From contig NC_045697.1 of the NCBI RefSeq assembly GCF_009834535.1, positions 37,264,001 through 37,328,000 on the forward strand: DNA of 64,000 nt. Direction: 5' to 3'. The notes beneath the pieces were generated by a model, which saw only the letters and a program-made list of their open reading frames with translations, was not told the DNA's origin and ran no database searches. How positions within the stretch are numbered: position 1 is the stretch's first letter; each line of letters begins with the position of its first letter. Of the stretch, positions 63,598 to 64,000 are shown piece after piece. Source of the DNA: Camelus ferus. Its lineage: Eukaryota. Both the position numbers and the translations under genes were made by a program.

Positions 63598-64000
63598 TTT
63601 TAAAAAATTGAAGTGAAATTCATATGACATGAAATTAGCCATCTTAAAAAGAACAATTCGGTGACATTTAGTGCCTTCACAGTATCACGCAACCAGCACC
63701 CTTATCTAGTTCCAAACATTTTCATCACCCCGAAGGAAACCCTGGACCCACTAAGCCATTATTCTGCCTTATCCCCTAACCCAAGCTCTAGGTACTTACC
63801 AATCTGCTTTCTGTCTCTATGGATTTGCCTATTCTGGGTAATTCATATAAATGGAATCAAACAATATATGACCTCTCAATCATGTTTCTTTCACTTAACA
63901 TAATGTTTTTGAGGTTCATCTGTCTTGTAGTATGTAACAGTACTTCATTCCTTCTTTATGGTTGAATAAAATTCCACTGTGTGCACATACCACAGTTTGT
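63598..64000 (-). mobile_element. L1MB-like 3' end running off the window
   Basis: attgaagtgaaattcatatgacatgaaatt...ctagttccaaacattttcatcacccc...tctatggatttgcctattctgg. Confidence 0.9.

Overview
Non-coding mammalian genomic DNA, intergenic or from a long intron or 5' region. It is most likely a cetartiodactyl and probably a camelid: this is inferred from recalled lineage-type L1 3' ends and a Tigger1-derived MITE, and from the absence of recognisable Alu, B1/B2, Bov-tA, PRE-1 or SINEC elements. A large fraction is interspersed repeats: L1 fragments of several ages, L2, MIR, CR1/L3, MaLR and ERV solo LTRs, and hAT/TcMar MITEs. No intact protein-coding gene is recognisable. The ORF track is noise apart from decayed L1 ORF2 pieces. 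Non-repeat features are a small CpG island at about 28.5-28.8 kb, a second CpG-rich patch at about 23.9-24.1 kb, several enhancer-like motif clusters and a 28-bp minisatellite. The most notable observations are two TSD-flanked retro-insertions of non-L1 sequence, a 3'-half tRNA-Ala retrocopy, an A/B higher-order VNTR, and sharply localised AT-to-GC shifts inside old repeats that may be gBGC scars. I do not see a new multi-gene system. Repeat family names come from recalled consensus sequences, not a database search, and boundaries are approximate unless TSDs are given.
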